Source: Octopus sinensis (Eukaryota). From it: DNA of 64,000 nt. Location: assembly GCF_006345805.1 (NCBI RefSeq), contig NC_043011.1, positions 64,244,464-64,308,463 on the forward strand, in the 5' to 3' direction. Made by a program: the position numbers and the translations under genes. The notes beneath the pieces are model-generated. The model ran no database searches, was not told the DNA's origin, and worked only from the letters and a program-made list of their open reading frames with translations. Position 1 is the first letter of the stretch; every line of letters begins with the position of its first letter. Positions 1 through 12,344 of the stretch are shown here, one piece after another.

Positions 1-66
1 AATGCTACGTACCTCGAAACTTCGAACGAGATAAACGAACAAGATACCTTCGAGGTACGTAGCATT
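1..66. repeat. Perfect 18-bp hairpin (may extend left of the window)
   Basis: 1-18 aatgctacgtacctcgaa is the exact reverse complement of 49-66 ttcgaggtacgtagcatt; 30-nt loop. Confidence 0.9.
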
Positions 67-536
67 TGATAAATCTATTTTCATGGAGAGTTGCGCTGAT
101 GACAGATGTGAAATATATATGTAATATATATTCAAAATATATACTCAAAATACATATGAAATATAGATTCAATATATTTATATTCTAGAAACATGTTCAC
201 AAATGACCGCCAGACTTTGTTTTCGTTATTTATTTCTTCTGTTTTGCATATGTGAATTACAGGGATATATCGTGTGTGGAGTCGCACTTGTAGAAAATAG
301 AAATAAACAGTCTTGACTGCTATTTCTAATTTTTCGGTATGCGGCTAAGCAACCTGTTGCCTGCCCCATTTATTTATATACGATATATATACTGAACTCT
401 ACAGAAATTCCTATCGTTAATCGGTTATATTTACATACCGAATTCTACGAATAAATAATTGTTGTTTTATTTAAAAACTATTATAGAAATTATTTACTCT
501 CATTATTATATTATATTATATATATATATATATATA

Positions 537-1225
537 CTAGCAGTATAACCCGGCCTTGACCGGGATTAAGTTACAATTATTAAGCTAATCAGGTTCGTTA
601 ATTCAAACCTAAGTAATATTGACTCTCAAAAAAACACATTTTTATTCGGCGTAAAATAAAAACAAAACACGTTCGCACCCAAAGTAATATGTGAGGGAGA
701 GAGAGTTAGAGAGGGGGAAAAAGATGAACGATTTAAAATAAATAAATGATTTAAAATATATATATTGTAATTGTTGTGTGAAAAAGTATATATACTATGA
801 TTATAAATATAGTGTTTTTCAAAAACATCCTGAATTCGAACACTATATCCCGTGTTTAAGAAAAAACAAAGCATTTTACATTTTATTTCTTATGAACGTC
901 GTCACTTACTCTCTCTCTTTCTTTCTCCCACCTTGTTTTTCCCGTGAAACTCCCTGCCCCTCTTCCACTTTTTTTTATCTTGTTCGTTTTTGTTAGACGC
1001 CGTCAGAAACCTATTGCTGATATTTTTCATGGCTAAAAACTATGGCTGAAAATAGGATTTTACCGCTATCCGCGGGTGCCTCGGGGAAAAATAACTTGAC
1101 AAAAACCCAGATAGGGATGTTGACAAATGTCCTCCGAAAATTTGAGCGACATGCGTGCTAATTTGTGGATGTGCATAAATTACAATCACGTACAAACGCA
1201 TACACACACACACGCTCGTGCCTTA
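537..1225 (-). mobile_element. Non-autonomous Helitron-like element
   Basis: CTAG at 537-540 next to a GC hairpin (cccgg-ccttga-ccggg, 549-564); this terminus matches the reverse complement of the element end at 40461-40490. Right boundary approximate. Confidence 0.6.
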
Positions 1226-1487
1226 TAAACATGTCTCCGTTAGCACTTACAAGAAAGATTATCATGAGATTCAAATGGTTCTGGTGTCCAAAAGCAAAGA
1301 AACACCTGTCTCCCTAGTACACGAGATTGAGAACGTATACAACATATGTACTCAGTAGGGATGACAGAGAAATAACGTTTCATTATTTATTAACCAGGGA
1401 GTAGTAATGTCATGCAGAAGCAGAGGATGATCTGTCAGTTATATATACATATATAAACATACATACATACATATATATATATATATA

Positions 1488-1531
<44 letters not shown>

Positions 1532-1566
1532 ACATGAATATATATATATATATATATATGTATATA

Positions 1567-1656
<90 letters not shown>

Positions 1657-1869
1657 TATATATATTTAGTAATTATATTTCATGCAAAACGTCAATTTCT
1701 TGTGAACATCTGTCGTCACAAATTCAACTGAAATGTCATATTTTAATGAGAGCCATTATCAAGGAAGATAGTATAATCTGATGACGTGTCCACTTGCAGG
1801 TTTTCAACATTTATATAATAATATCCTTTACAAACACACACACACACACAAGACATATATATATGATGG

Positions 1870-2165
1870 ACTCTCAATTTGAAAATGGCGTATGGATATT
1901 TAGCAATGGCCGCATGACCTGCATATATGATTCGTTTTTAGAGGTCAAATGATCGAGCCACGAATTAGAGTTCACTCTCTCTATGTGATCGACGCTATCT
2001 GAACAGATGCACTGTGCACCAGACATCAGGTTTCGAAGTGATAGCAATGTAACGTGAGGTGAGGTATTTTGCTCAAGAACACAGGGCACACCGTTTCTAG
2101 GAATTGAAACCACGTTCTAACGATCGTAAATCCATTTCCCTAACCACTAGGTCATGTGCCTTCAC
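1870..2165 (-). mobile_element. Degenerate tRNA-derived SINE
   Basis: Minus strand starts with a tRNA-like head (tgacctagtggttag ... gtttcaattcc) followed by tgtgttcttgagcaa body resembling the SINE at 58985-59318. Confidence 0.6.
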
Positions 2166-3847
2166 ACGTTTATTTGTACACAAACACACACACAAACATG
2201 CATATATATATATATATACGTGTGTGTGTGTGTGTGTGTAGAATTAAGAATACACTATTCTCAATTATTATACAATAAGGTTAATCCCTCTTAAAGTGTT
2301 TGGTTTCAAGGATATAATTAATCATCGCGATGTAGAGTACCTGAGCTTCTATTAATTGTCCGAACCTCAGCGGACTCTAATCCAGCTGCAGATGCCAATA
2401 CCCTGCGGCCACATTACCGGTTTCCACGTTGTACTGTTTACACATACCTTAGAGGCTACTATTCTTGTCTCCAGTTGCAGATACAAATACAGATTCCAGC
2501 TACCGTTTACCGGTCACTATTTTGTGCATTAGAAAACTAGGCCATAACTGCTGGTTCCACTGGCACCACAAGCGCCAGTATTGGCGATAAACAAAAACGA
2601 ATGGTAAGGACGATGTTGCGCTCTGTTTACGATTTTATTTCAATATCAGAGATGGAAAATATTTTAGGAACACTGAAACAATATTAGGTGGGTGGAAAAT
2701 CATGTTTGTGGTACTTTTGTCAGGGAATCTAGGGTGAGAGTGCCGAGGACAACGGCTATTTGGAGTTCAGATGGGTAAGCATAACGTAGAATTCTTATCT
2801 CTAATTTCTCTTTTTATAATTATCCAGCGAAGTCATCAAGAATTGTATATATTTATAATAATGATACCTTTGGAAATAGAAAATGAGGTTAATTCCTTTA
2901 ACAAGGGTTTCATATGTTAAATATATAGGTATTTAATTACCTTATCTTTTAATTTTATTCTTTAGTTATCAAGTGAAAGTATCAATGATTGTATACATTC
3001 GACCTACATGCGTAAGAGAAACTAGGGGATGGTAATCACTCATCTTAGTCTATTTGTGCGTTTGAAAAACTTACTGGAAAACTGCTCAACGGATTTGCAC
3101 CACATTTGGGAGAATTACTCCTCGGGTGAGTGGCTCGAAATGATGAATATTTGGTAGCATTGTTTTTTTTTTTAATTTAAAGAACTCTGAATTCACAAAT
3201 TTTCCGTAAGTAAGTAACCATGTTATTCAGTTCACTTTCTTTTTCATTTGAATCGTCCCTCGTCTGCTTCTGTATCGATCATGGTGCGCCTATGCGCTTA
3301 TACGCTTGTGGGTCCATACATACATAAATATGTGTCTCAGTGTGCGTGTATGTGTGTGTGTGCGCGTAAGCCTATGTGTGTGTGTGTGTGTGTGTGTGTG
3401 TACATTGACTGAGGAATTTGTTTATTTACAAGATGATTTTTTAAAACTCCAACGCAGTATAAATAGCTATAACGTTGATATTTAATTTGCCACTCGATTT
3501 CTTAATTTCCCCGGAGTGTAAATACCTATAATACGGATACTTAACATTAAAAAAAAAGCAATAAAATACAATTTAAAAACGTCGATCTTAAAAGTGGTCA
3601 TATTATTTAGTCCACTTTTCTTTTTACATATCAAGAGTCCCTGGTCTGCGTGTGTATAGATTATGGTGCGCCTATGCGTGTCGACACCTGTGGGTACATA
3701 CACAGACAAATACGATATGACACTGTGCGTGTGATTATGTGTGCGCGCACATGTGTGTGCTAATGGATTCGAGAGTTTCACTGGTACATAAATACCTATA
3801 ATAGAGAAAAATAATAGAAAAAAAATTTTAATAAGAAACAGATAAAA

Positions 3848-4069
3848 TCCCCCAGATTCCGTGATCTGAGCCGTCTTGATTTCTATCGTTGGGAGCATTT
3901 GAAAAGCATGGCGTATCGCAGAAACATAAAATATCATTTGAAGGAACGCATCACCAACTCATTTGCACACGTATCATCAGGTGTGCTATTACGAGTTCAC
4001 AAAGAGTTGGATAAACGTATTGTAATGTGTATTCAAAACAATGGTAACCATAGAGAGCCTGTTATATAA
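3848..4069 (+). pseudogene. Tc1/mariner-superfamily transposase C-terminal fragment
   Basis: Translates RDLSRLDFYRWEHLKSMAYRRNIKYHLKERITNSF...KRIVMCIQNNGNHREPVI*, matching the SPDL.PLDF.LWG.LK C-terminal block of DDE/D transposases. Confidence 0.75.
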
Positions 4070-4429
4070 AACAAAACTGTTGTTATAAACTGTTTCTTAC
4101 AAAAAATAAATTATTCCTATGAATCATATAATAGTAGAATAGTATATTAGTCTCCTAGAGTATTTTCAGTTATTCCTTTAGGGTAGTTTTATATGTAGAA
4201 TACAAATTTTCCAAAAATATAGAAATGGCAAGGTATATTTTATCTTCTATTTTTATGAAGTAAATTAGTAATTCAATGACGTCACTATTGGTTGAATGAA
4301 TAAAAATGTCTTCAGCTGAATTTGATTTTGGGCTTCTATTGAGTTAGATTTTCTTAACACCTAAATTATTTTCAAATGTTCAGTTAGAGTCTCACTAATT
4401 AATTATCAAAAATATAATTATAAGTAATA

Positions 4430-4507
<78 letters not shown>

Positions 4508-4509
4508 CA

Positions 4510-5150
4510 TCATCATCATCATCGTTTAACGTCCGCTTTCCATGCTAACATTGGTCGGACGATTTTGACTGAGGGCTGGCGATCCAGATGGATGCACCAG
4601 GCTCCAATCTTGATTTGGCAGAGTTTCTATAGCTGGATACCCTTCCTAACGCCAATAACACCGTGGGTGCTTTTTACGTGCCACCAGCACAGAAGCCAGT
4701 TTGCTGCTCTGCCAACGATCACGCTCAGACGGTGCTCTTGGCACCCTACTAGCACGGGCATAAGTGCCAGTAAGGTGACGCTGGTAACGATCACACTCGA
4801 ATGGTGCCCTTTTATGTGCCACTGGCACTGTCAAACGATCACACTCGTATGGTGCTCTTTGCATCCCGCTAGCACGGATGCCATTCATCGTATTTGATTT
4901 TGATTTCGCTTGCCTCAACAGGTCTTCACAAGCAGAGATTAGAGACCAAACAAGGATAAGGTACACATAAGCGGGCTGGTTCCGCTCTTGGTATAGGCCA
5001 CAGGTTATGGTCTCATTTGGCTTGCCGGGTCTTCTCAGGCACAGCATATTTCCAAAAGTCTCGGTCGCTCGTCATTTCCTTGGTGAGGCCTAATGTTCCA
5101 AGACCGTGCTTAACCACTTCCTCCCAGGTCTTCCTGGGTCTACTTCTTAA
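4510..5150 (-). mobile_element. 5'-truncated RTE-clade LINE 3' end
   Basis: Minus strand encodes RPRKTWEEVVKHGLGTLGLTKEMTSDRDFWK (RTE ORF C-terminus), then a 3' UTR with ~60-bp internal repeats and a (GAT)n tail (cat repeats at 4509-4522). Confidence 0.75.
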
Positions 5151-5171
5151 TTACATATATGTGTATATATA

Positions 5172-5530
5172 TATCATGTCATCCCATTAGTTCTGTCCGA
5201 TTTAATCTTTTTTTAAATTGATTGAAATTTAATAGTATTTTAGAATGTTTAATAGAATTAAAAATTATTTTTATGCATTTGTGTACAGTTAGACTAATTA
5301 AATATTTTACAGAAAATAGAATTAAAATTTCTTTGAAGAATACCCTTTCTAACATGGAAGTATCCAAAGCGCATTTGAAGCACATAATGCTTTATGAGTA
5401 CAAAAAAAGGAAACTCTGCGGCCGATGCGACTCGTACATACACTCAGTTTATAGCAAAGAATGCTTGAATGAAAGAACTTATAGAAGATTGTTTCCAAAA
5501 TTCAGAAGTGGAGATTTCGGCCTTGAAAAT
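5172..5530 (+). mobile_element. Mariner left end: TIR plus transposase N-terminus
   Basis: TA + tcatgtcatcccattagttctgtccgattt resembles the TIR at 19716-19746; encodes MEVSKAHLKHIMLYEYKK...CLNERTYRRLFPKFRSGDFGLENEE (mariner HTH). Confidence 0.85.
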
Positions 5531-5677
5531 GAAGAAGAAGAAGAAGAAGAAGAAGAGAGGAGGAGGAGGAGGAGGAGGAGGAAGAGAGAAGAAGAAGAAG
5601 AAGAAGAAGAAGAAGAAGAAGAAGAAGAAGAAGAAGAAGAAGAAGAAGAAGAAGAAGAAGAAGAAGAAGAAGAAGAA
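5531..5677 (+). repeat. (GAA)n/(GAG)n compound microsatellite
   Basis: Direct inspection. Confidence 0.95.
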
Positions 5678-7004
5678 ATATATAATGTGAATTAACGTAA
5701 GACTTGCCGGATAAATGTTTTTGCAGAACCGGAAGTGAAGAAGTTTGATTCTTCACTCTATGTTTTGGGGCTAAGGATAACAAAATTCCATTACTACAAC
5801 GTCTAGTCAACCAAAACCTTGTGAGGACATTTGGTAGAAAGAAACTTAAAGAAACACTCATAATTATGATTGTATGCCAACTTATATGTTTATTCCCAGC
5901 GTCCATTGTTCAGTAAATGTTTGTTTCTGTACGTCTTCGTAACGTGTTACACTATAAACAAATAATACTAGGTTCGGGCTATTCGACGGAAACCTTGAAG
6001 ATATTGCGCATAAGGGCCACTATCCAATGCTAGAAACAAGTAAATCATATAGCAATATATAAGTGTATACATAGAAATATTATGCATAAATATTCACTCA
6101 TGCATTTATGTGTGTATGTTTGTGTGTGTGTGTGTGTGTAAAAAATAAATATACTTCTGGGTGTGCGTGTGTGTGAGAGACAGACAGTTGTGTGTGTGTG
6201 TTTGTGTGTGTGTGTATTCATATCATAACTTGCGAATAAAGTCTGGAAAAGTGTCACATTTTATTTAAATGCAATAAAAATTTCAAGAAATACAATTCGA
6301 TTACTTTAACGCAGCTACTTAGTTACACCGCTTCATTTGTGATCATCATTTGCCATTTACCTCAGTTGCCATTTACAATGAAAATATCTTTTACTCAATT
6401 TCTTAAGCAACATACAACAATGAAACCAAATATTTAAGTCACGCAGGTTTTTGACAATCCATGGTGTGCATTGATTAACAACAACTTCGCATTTTATTGC
6501 AGAATTACGTGGATATTCAGTATTTTTAATTTTGGTGAATATTGCAGCTGATGCCAGGCAGGAACTCTACCATAGCCTTGTGGCTCTTCTTGGAAGGCAA
6601 CAAGAATGTTATGAAAGGATTCTTGTAGCAACACAGTGTTTTTATCGCAACAATTTTGCTGTGATATTTTACGGGTTTGGTGTAATTATGAAAAATTGCA
6701 CATTATTCTTTTGTTTTTCTACTTTAGACATTTTTTAATATCGTTTCATGAGTTTTATAAAAAAAACGCAATTGCTGGAGTACTAAAAACATAATTTAGA
6801 AGAAAAAGTAAAGCAAAGCTTAGAATTTCTTGAGATGCTCCCTCCAGTTTCAGTTCAACTCAAAACAAAATAAGCCGAATCACAGCATATTAGAATATAA
6901 CATGCGATATGCAAGAAGGGTGTACATCTGTTACAATTCATTTCTTTCATTTCATAACGTAATTCAAAAGGCGCAGCACATCTTAGCGTAAACTGAGAAA
7001 CACA

Positions 7005-7041
7005 ATGAAAATATTTATAATAAATGCGTTTCTCATTTCAG
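7005..7041 (+). CDS. Gene A exon 1: signal peptide MKIFIINAFLIS(G)
   Basis: ATG at 7005, strong donor G|gtaagt, phase 1; same layout as exon 1 of B and C. Confidence 0.85.
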
Positions 7042-7537
7042 GTAAGTATACAAATATCCTGAAACTTTTTTGACAAACATTTAAACCTACCTCGTAAACT
7101 CCTCTCCTCTTGAAATCTCTCTCTAACTCTTGCAATCGCTTTCATGCTATATATGTAGGCATGACATTTAGAAGAATTCAAAATTAGAAGTAAAACAATT
7201 TCTTTGTTGCTTAATTTGATAACTCAATATGTTGGCACAAATTCATTAACAACTCATGTTTGTCATTTATTTGAAACACTAAGAATCGAATGATTTCCCT
7301 TCAGTGATCATCATTCTTCTGCTTGTCTGGAATCGTAAGCAATTCATATATTGGCAGTTACATCGATATAAAATATACACATGTATATTTGAAGGAATTC
7401 ATACCCGTAATATATATTGTGTTCAAAAGTGTCCAGAGCATAAATGTACATTTTACTAAGGGATGTACATGAAAATTATAACTCATTATTATAAATGTAT
7501 GTTAAAGAATTAAAAATATTCATTTTAACTATTGTAG

Positions 7538-7637
7538 GTGTTATGATGGAGGAAAGTTGTGGTAAACTAGCAGAGAAGACATGCGAGTACCCAGCGCGGA
7601 TGTTCAATAACATTCACTATGAACAAAACTTTTGCAG
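7538..7637 (+). CDS. Gene A exon 2: GVMMEESCGKLAEKTCEYPARMFNNIHYEQNFC(S)
   Basis: ttgtag acceptor, gtacat donor, 100 nt, phase 1 to 2, identical length and Cys spacing to B and C exon 2. Confidence 0.92.
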
Positions 7638-8141
7638 GTACATTGTCATAAATAGTCAAACTGATATTCGGAATACTGCATCGCATGCTTCAACATTCCC
7701 ATATTGGTTACTGAATGTCTCTCTGCCTCTACTATTATCGCTTTCTTTTTCTTACATTCCTTTTCTTCCTTCTTTCTCCCTCACTCCCATCTCTCTGCAT
7801 GTGTAAGTGCGTATCTGTGTATTTGTTGGCGGGCTGATTGCACACGGTCGCCATAGGGATTAGGTCACATTTGATTCGCCTGCGCTGTCATCCCACCTCA
7901 GAGAATATATTATACGAAACATTATTTGTAAGAAATCCTCTCATAACAAAGAAACAAAAACCACCCATTTTTGAATGAGTTAAAAATCGAAATCTATATT
8001 GTGTCAATTCAAACATTTCAGAACGTTTGAGCCTATGCCACATAATGAAAAATATAAACCCATTGTGATCCTCTCCTTATGAATAGCTAAAAAATCACGA
8101 TTCCATCAGCGACGAAGGAAAAAGAACAAAACCAAATGATA

Positions 8142-8541
8142 ATCTTTTCTACTCTAGGCACAAGGCGCAAATAATTGGGGGACGGGGCCAGTCGATTAGA
8201 TAGACCCAAATACGTAACACCTACTTAATTTACCGGACCCCGAAAGGATGAAAGGCAGAGTTGACCCGGCAGAATTTGAACTCAGACCGTAAAGAAAGAG
8301 GAAATTCCTATATCTTTACTACCCACAAGGGGCTAAATGCAAAGAGCCCAAACAAGGACAGACAAACGGAATAAGTCGATTACATCGACCCCAGTGCGTA
8401 ACTGGTACTCAATTTACCGACCCCGAAAGGATCAAAGGCAAAGTCGACATCGGTGGAATTTGAACTCAGAACATGACAGCAGTCGAAATACGGCTTCGCA
8501 TTTCGCCCGGCGTGATAACGTTTCTGCCAGCTCACCGTCTT
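8142..8541 (-). mobile_element. Abundant tRNA-derived SINE
   Basis: Minus head gacggtgagctggcagaaacg...gagttcaaattcc (A/B boxes) with duplicated gtcgat...ggggtcgat body; homologous copies at 9672, 14015, 15338, 16050, 25496, 26820, 49288. Confidence 0.85.
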
Positions 8542-8590
8542 AAGACTAATTAATAACGGACCAGTGCAGTTAGAAAGAACACAAATAACA

Positions 8591-8748
8591 TCTCTGGATC
8601 TTTCCTTTCCCTATGTTACTGACGAAGAGCTCCGCTCGAAACGTTAAACCCTCCTTCTTCCCTTCCTTCCTGAGCGTCCAGTAATACTTTATTTGTTCCA
8701 CGTCCTTGCGTTGTTGTTTTTTCTCTTTGTGTTTTCATGTTTGGATTA

Positions 8749-8749
<1 letters not shown>
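8591..8749 (+). mobile_element. Short Penelope-like pseudo-LTR fragment (family also at 16356 and 60736)
   Basis: Three homologous copies in the window, each ending in ...ttaac + (AT)n and carrying a hammerhead-like motif. Confidence 0.65.
8614..8649 (+). ncRNA. Minimal type I hammerhead ribozyme motif
   Basis: CTGACGA (8619-8625), extra A, stem II GAG/CTC, GAAA (8638-8641), palindromic stem III ACGT, H17=U; stem I gtta/aaac has one mismatch. Confidence 0.55.
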
Positions 8750-8801
<52 letters not shown>

Positions 8802-9322
8802 ATGCATGTGTGTAGTCACACACGACGGTCTTCTTTCAGCTTTCACCTAACATGTTCATGCACAATTCTTTACTAGACGTGGGACTCTAATAAAGATACT
8901 TGTCCAGTGTGACACGCAGGGATATTCTATCTGGAACCATGTGGTTGGAAAGTAATCTTCGGAGCACACATCCACATGTATAATATACATACATTACTTC
9001 CGTGCATATGTTAAACTTTTCCACTCTTACGACGTAGTAAATTCCAGTGTCATCTTATTATATAAATGTGATTGCATGTAGTGCAATACCTGTACGCTAT
9101 CGCGTTATGTTTGTCGCGTATCTACAGTATTGCGAAGGAAATGAGTTGATCACACATCTCGTTATTTCTCAAATTTTGCTGTGTTTACGCTTGCCCAACT
9201 GCGTATAGGTGTGTCGTTGTAAACTGAACTTGATCACAGAACATTGTAAATTTTCAAAATCTACAAAACTTTTATATTTAGTTTTTTTAATCTAATATAT
9301 TGATTTTTATTTTGTCTCGCAG

Positions 9323-9410
9323 TACTTTCCTTGATTTTTCTCCATGTCTCATGGGTATATCTATAATTTGTGATGAATTCTACAAGTCATTCTTTTACGA
9401 AAAATGCCTG
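9323..9410 (+). CDS. Gene A exon 3: TFLDFSPCLMGISIICDEFYKSFFYEKCL
   Basis: tctcgcag acceptor, gtaaga donor, 88 nt, phase 2 to 0, same Cys spacing as B and C exon 3. Confidence 0.92.
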
Positions 9411-9671
9411 GTAAGAACGTTTCATTATTTTGGTTTCATTATGAGAAATGATGTACAGATGAATTAAATTTTATACCATTTGAAATTTTGTTACTTTACG
9501 CTCTCAGTTGGTGAATCTCTTAGAGATTGTATCGTTTTGAAGCAAGCACTTTATAACACAACGTGACGTTTCCTTACTATATATCAAGTGATAGTAGACC
9601 AACAGGAGATAATCTGTAATAATTTATCATTGCAAATCCGTATCACTTTTGTACATTACACATAAACCTTT

Positions 9672-10058
9672 GTACTGAAGGCACAGGACCAGAAAATAGG
9701 TGGAGAGAGGACTTGTCGATTACATCGACACAAATGTTTCACAACTGCTAAATTTATCGATCTCGAAAGAATAAGAAGCAAAGTCAACCTCGACGGAATT
9801 TAAACCCAAAACTTAGTAATGAGCGAAATACCTATTTCTTTACTACCCACTAGGGGCTAAAAAAAGAGAGGGCAAACAAGCGCAGAAAAACGGATTAAGT
9901 CGATTATATCGACCCCAGTGCGTAACTAGTACGTATTTAATCGACACCGAAAGGATGAAAAGCAAAGTAGACCTCGGCGGAATTTGAACTCAGAACCTAG
10001 CGGCAGATAAAGTACCGTTAAGCTCGGCGTGCTAAAGTTTCTGCCAGCTCGCTGCCTT
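9672..10058 (-). mobile_element. tRNA-derived SINE (same family as 8142)
   Basis: Homology to the 8142-8541 copy. Confidence 0.85.
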
Positions 10059-10199
10059 AGAATTGTTTAATAATATGTATTTGTAAAGTGCTGCTGTCAC
10101 TTTAAATTGGTGTTTCATTACAGAGCGATATATATGGACGCTGATGCATGAAATTCAAGTACATAAAATATATTAATGCTGTTGTTTTAGCTTGCTTAC

Positions 10200-10330
10200 A
10201 AACCATATGGTATCAGGTTCAGTCCCACTGTGTAGCACCTTGAGCAAGTTTCTTCTACTATAGCCTCGGGCCTACCAGAGCCTTGTGAGAGGATTCGGTA
10301 GACGGAAACTGAAAGAAACCCGTCGTATAT
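10200..10330 (+). mobile_element. SINE fragment (second family)
   Basis: B-box-like ggttcagtccc, then ...ggtagacggaaactgaaagaaacccgtcg + (AT)n tail. Confidence 0.55.
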
Positions 10331-10344
10331 ACATATATATATAC

Positions 10345-10441
<97 letters not shown>

Positions 10442-10477
10442 ATTTAATCAAAATAAAAACATGATGCCAAGGATTCA

Positions 10478-10555
10478 GCGGTACATATGTTTCGGGCCTT
10501 TATTAGACGGATTTATAACAATGCATAATGTATGTCTGTGGCCTTCTTCAGCCAC
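10478..10555 (-). ncRNA. Type I hammerhead ribozyme (left arm copy)
   Basis: GTGG-CTGAAGA-A-GGCC...GGCCC-GAAA-CATATGT-A-CCGC; stem I keeps a G-U wobble. Confidence 0.7.
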
Positions 10556-11988
10556 GCACAACAACTTCCACAAGGACATGTATTACATCAAAAATTCTTG
10601 GTTAGGGATGCAAATCCTCTCATTCGCGTACGACATAATGCGGCAACAGCATAAAAATGAAGCGTCCATCTCGTTCTTCTCTCAATGTAGAATGAAGAAA
10701 TTTGGATGTTGAAGTAATGTAAATAAATTAATAAATAAATATATACATATATAAATATATAAATGCAGACAGACGTGAAGGAACCTGGTAATAAGAGTAA
10801 ATAGAGATAAAGATGGAGGGGCGAGAATTCAGGACGAAGGATAAAAAATATATAAAAAGTGTAAGTATACAAAAATATAAAAATGTAGAGTATAAAGATA
10901 TAAAGAGTTATAAAAAATATTAAAAAAATTAAATGAATATAAATGTATAAAGTTATAAAAATAAAAATAGAAATAAAAATAATATAAAATGTAAAAGAAT
11001 ATAAGGATAAGGGATATATAGTAGTTACGGACCAAACATGGTGGTCAGGGAAATGACAAATACACACACACACACATACGTATACATATACACACACACA
11101 CACATACATGTATATGTATATATGTATATACGTATGTGTGTGTGTGTATGTATATGTACATGTATATTGTCCGTGTATATATATGCATATTCTGTTGTGT
11201 GTGTATATATATATGCGCATGTGTGTGTGTATATGTGTATCTGTATATGTTTACACGTGAGTACGTATGTATGCTTATATGCTTGTGGCTGGGTATGCGT
11301 GCATATATGTGCGCGTGTATATGGGTGTATGTATCCATGCGGGTACGTATGTACAAGATGACCACTTAATACGTTACGAAGAACTAGAGGAACGAGATAA
11401 GCTGCTCAACAACTCTAATTTACAATACACTAAGTCCCCAGAGGCCCCTGTTGATTTATGACACCCAAGACTTCTACAACCAGAATTTGTCATTTCCCTG
11501 ACCACCATGTTTGGTCCGTAACTACTATATATCCCTTATCCTTATATTCTTTTACATTTTTTATCATTTTTATTTCTATTTTTATTTTTATAACTTTATA
11601 CCTTTATATTCATTTATATTTTTTAATATTTTTTATATCTCTTTATATCTTTATACTCTACATTTTTATATTTTTCTATACTTACACTTTTTATATATTT
11701 TTTATCCTTCGTCCTGAATTCTCGCCCCTCCATCTTTATCTCTATTTACTCTTATTACCAGGTTCCTTCACGTCTGTCTGCATTTATATATTTATATATG
11801 TATATTTATTTATTAATTTATTTACATTACTTCAACATCCAAATTTCTTCATTCTACATTGAGAGAAGAACGAGATGGACGCTTCATCTCTATGCTGTTG
11901 CCGCATTATGTCGTACGCGAATGACAGGATTTGCATCCCCAACCCAGAATCTTTGATGAAATACATGTCCTTGTGGAAGTTGTTGTGC

Positions 11989-12066
11989 GCGGCTGAAGAA
12001 GGCCACAGACATACATTATGCATTGTTATAAATCCGTCTAATAAAGGCCCGAAACATATGTACCGC
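11989..12066 (+). ncRNA. Type I hammerhead ribozyme (right arm copy, sense to gene A)
   Basis: Stem I GCGG/CCGC, CTGAAGA 11993-11999, stem II GGCC/GGCC, GAAA 12051-12054, palindromic stem III ACATATGT, predicted cleavage after GUA at 12062. Confidence 0.75.
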
Positions 12067-12188
12067 TGAATCATTGGCATCATGTTTTTATTTTGATTAA
12101 TTTACTCTACCACCTACACCACCTACACCACCTACACCACCAAACGGTATATACAGGTGCTTACAATTATCAAGTATCACCCCGAATT

Positions 12189-12268
<80 letters not shown>

Positions 12269-12344
12269 GGAATATATGTTTGTGTGTCTGTGTTTGTCCT
12301 CTTCAACATCGCTTGACAACAGATGCTGGTGTGTTTACGTCCCT

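Larger units (their letters stand above)
10441..12103. mobile_element. Penelope-like inverted pseudo-LTR pair (~620-bp arms)
   Basis: 10441-11061 is the reverse complement of 11485-12103 (roughly 95% identity by eye); spacer holds a microsatellite and a short ORF remnant; a hammerhead sits at the outer end of each arm. Confidence 0.85.

Noticed and set aside
3240-3800. Local diverged direct duplication (atggtgcgcctatgcg at ~3282 and ~3664)
   Set aside because: Real but unremarkable repeat-derived duplication with no coding or structural signal.
4700-4870. CRISPR-like repeat-spacer array (acgatcacactcg...ggtgc)
   Set aside because: Degenerate ~60-bp tandem repeats within an RTE 3' UTR; the spacers are mutually similar, the context is eukaryotic, and no cas genes are present.
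7495-7806. 103-aa ORF as a single-exon gene
   Set aside because: Only 7538-7637 is coding (gene A exon 2, bounded by splice sites); the rest is intron. The same applies to ORFs 45778-46092 (C exon 1) and 43944-44267 (B exon 4).
7538-9410. Assignment of the family to Ly6/three-finger or GFR-alpha/GAS1 GPI proteins
   Set aside because: Only six Cys, no CCxxxxCN motif, and the spacing does not match those families; no gene symbol given.
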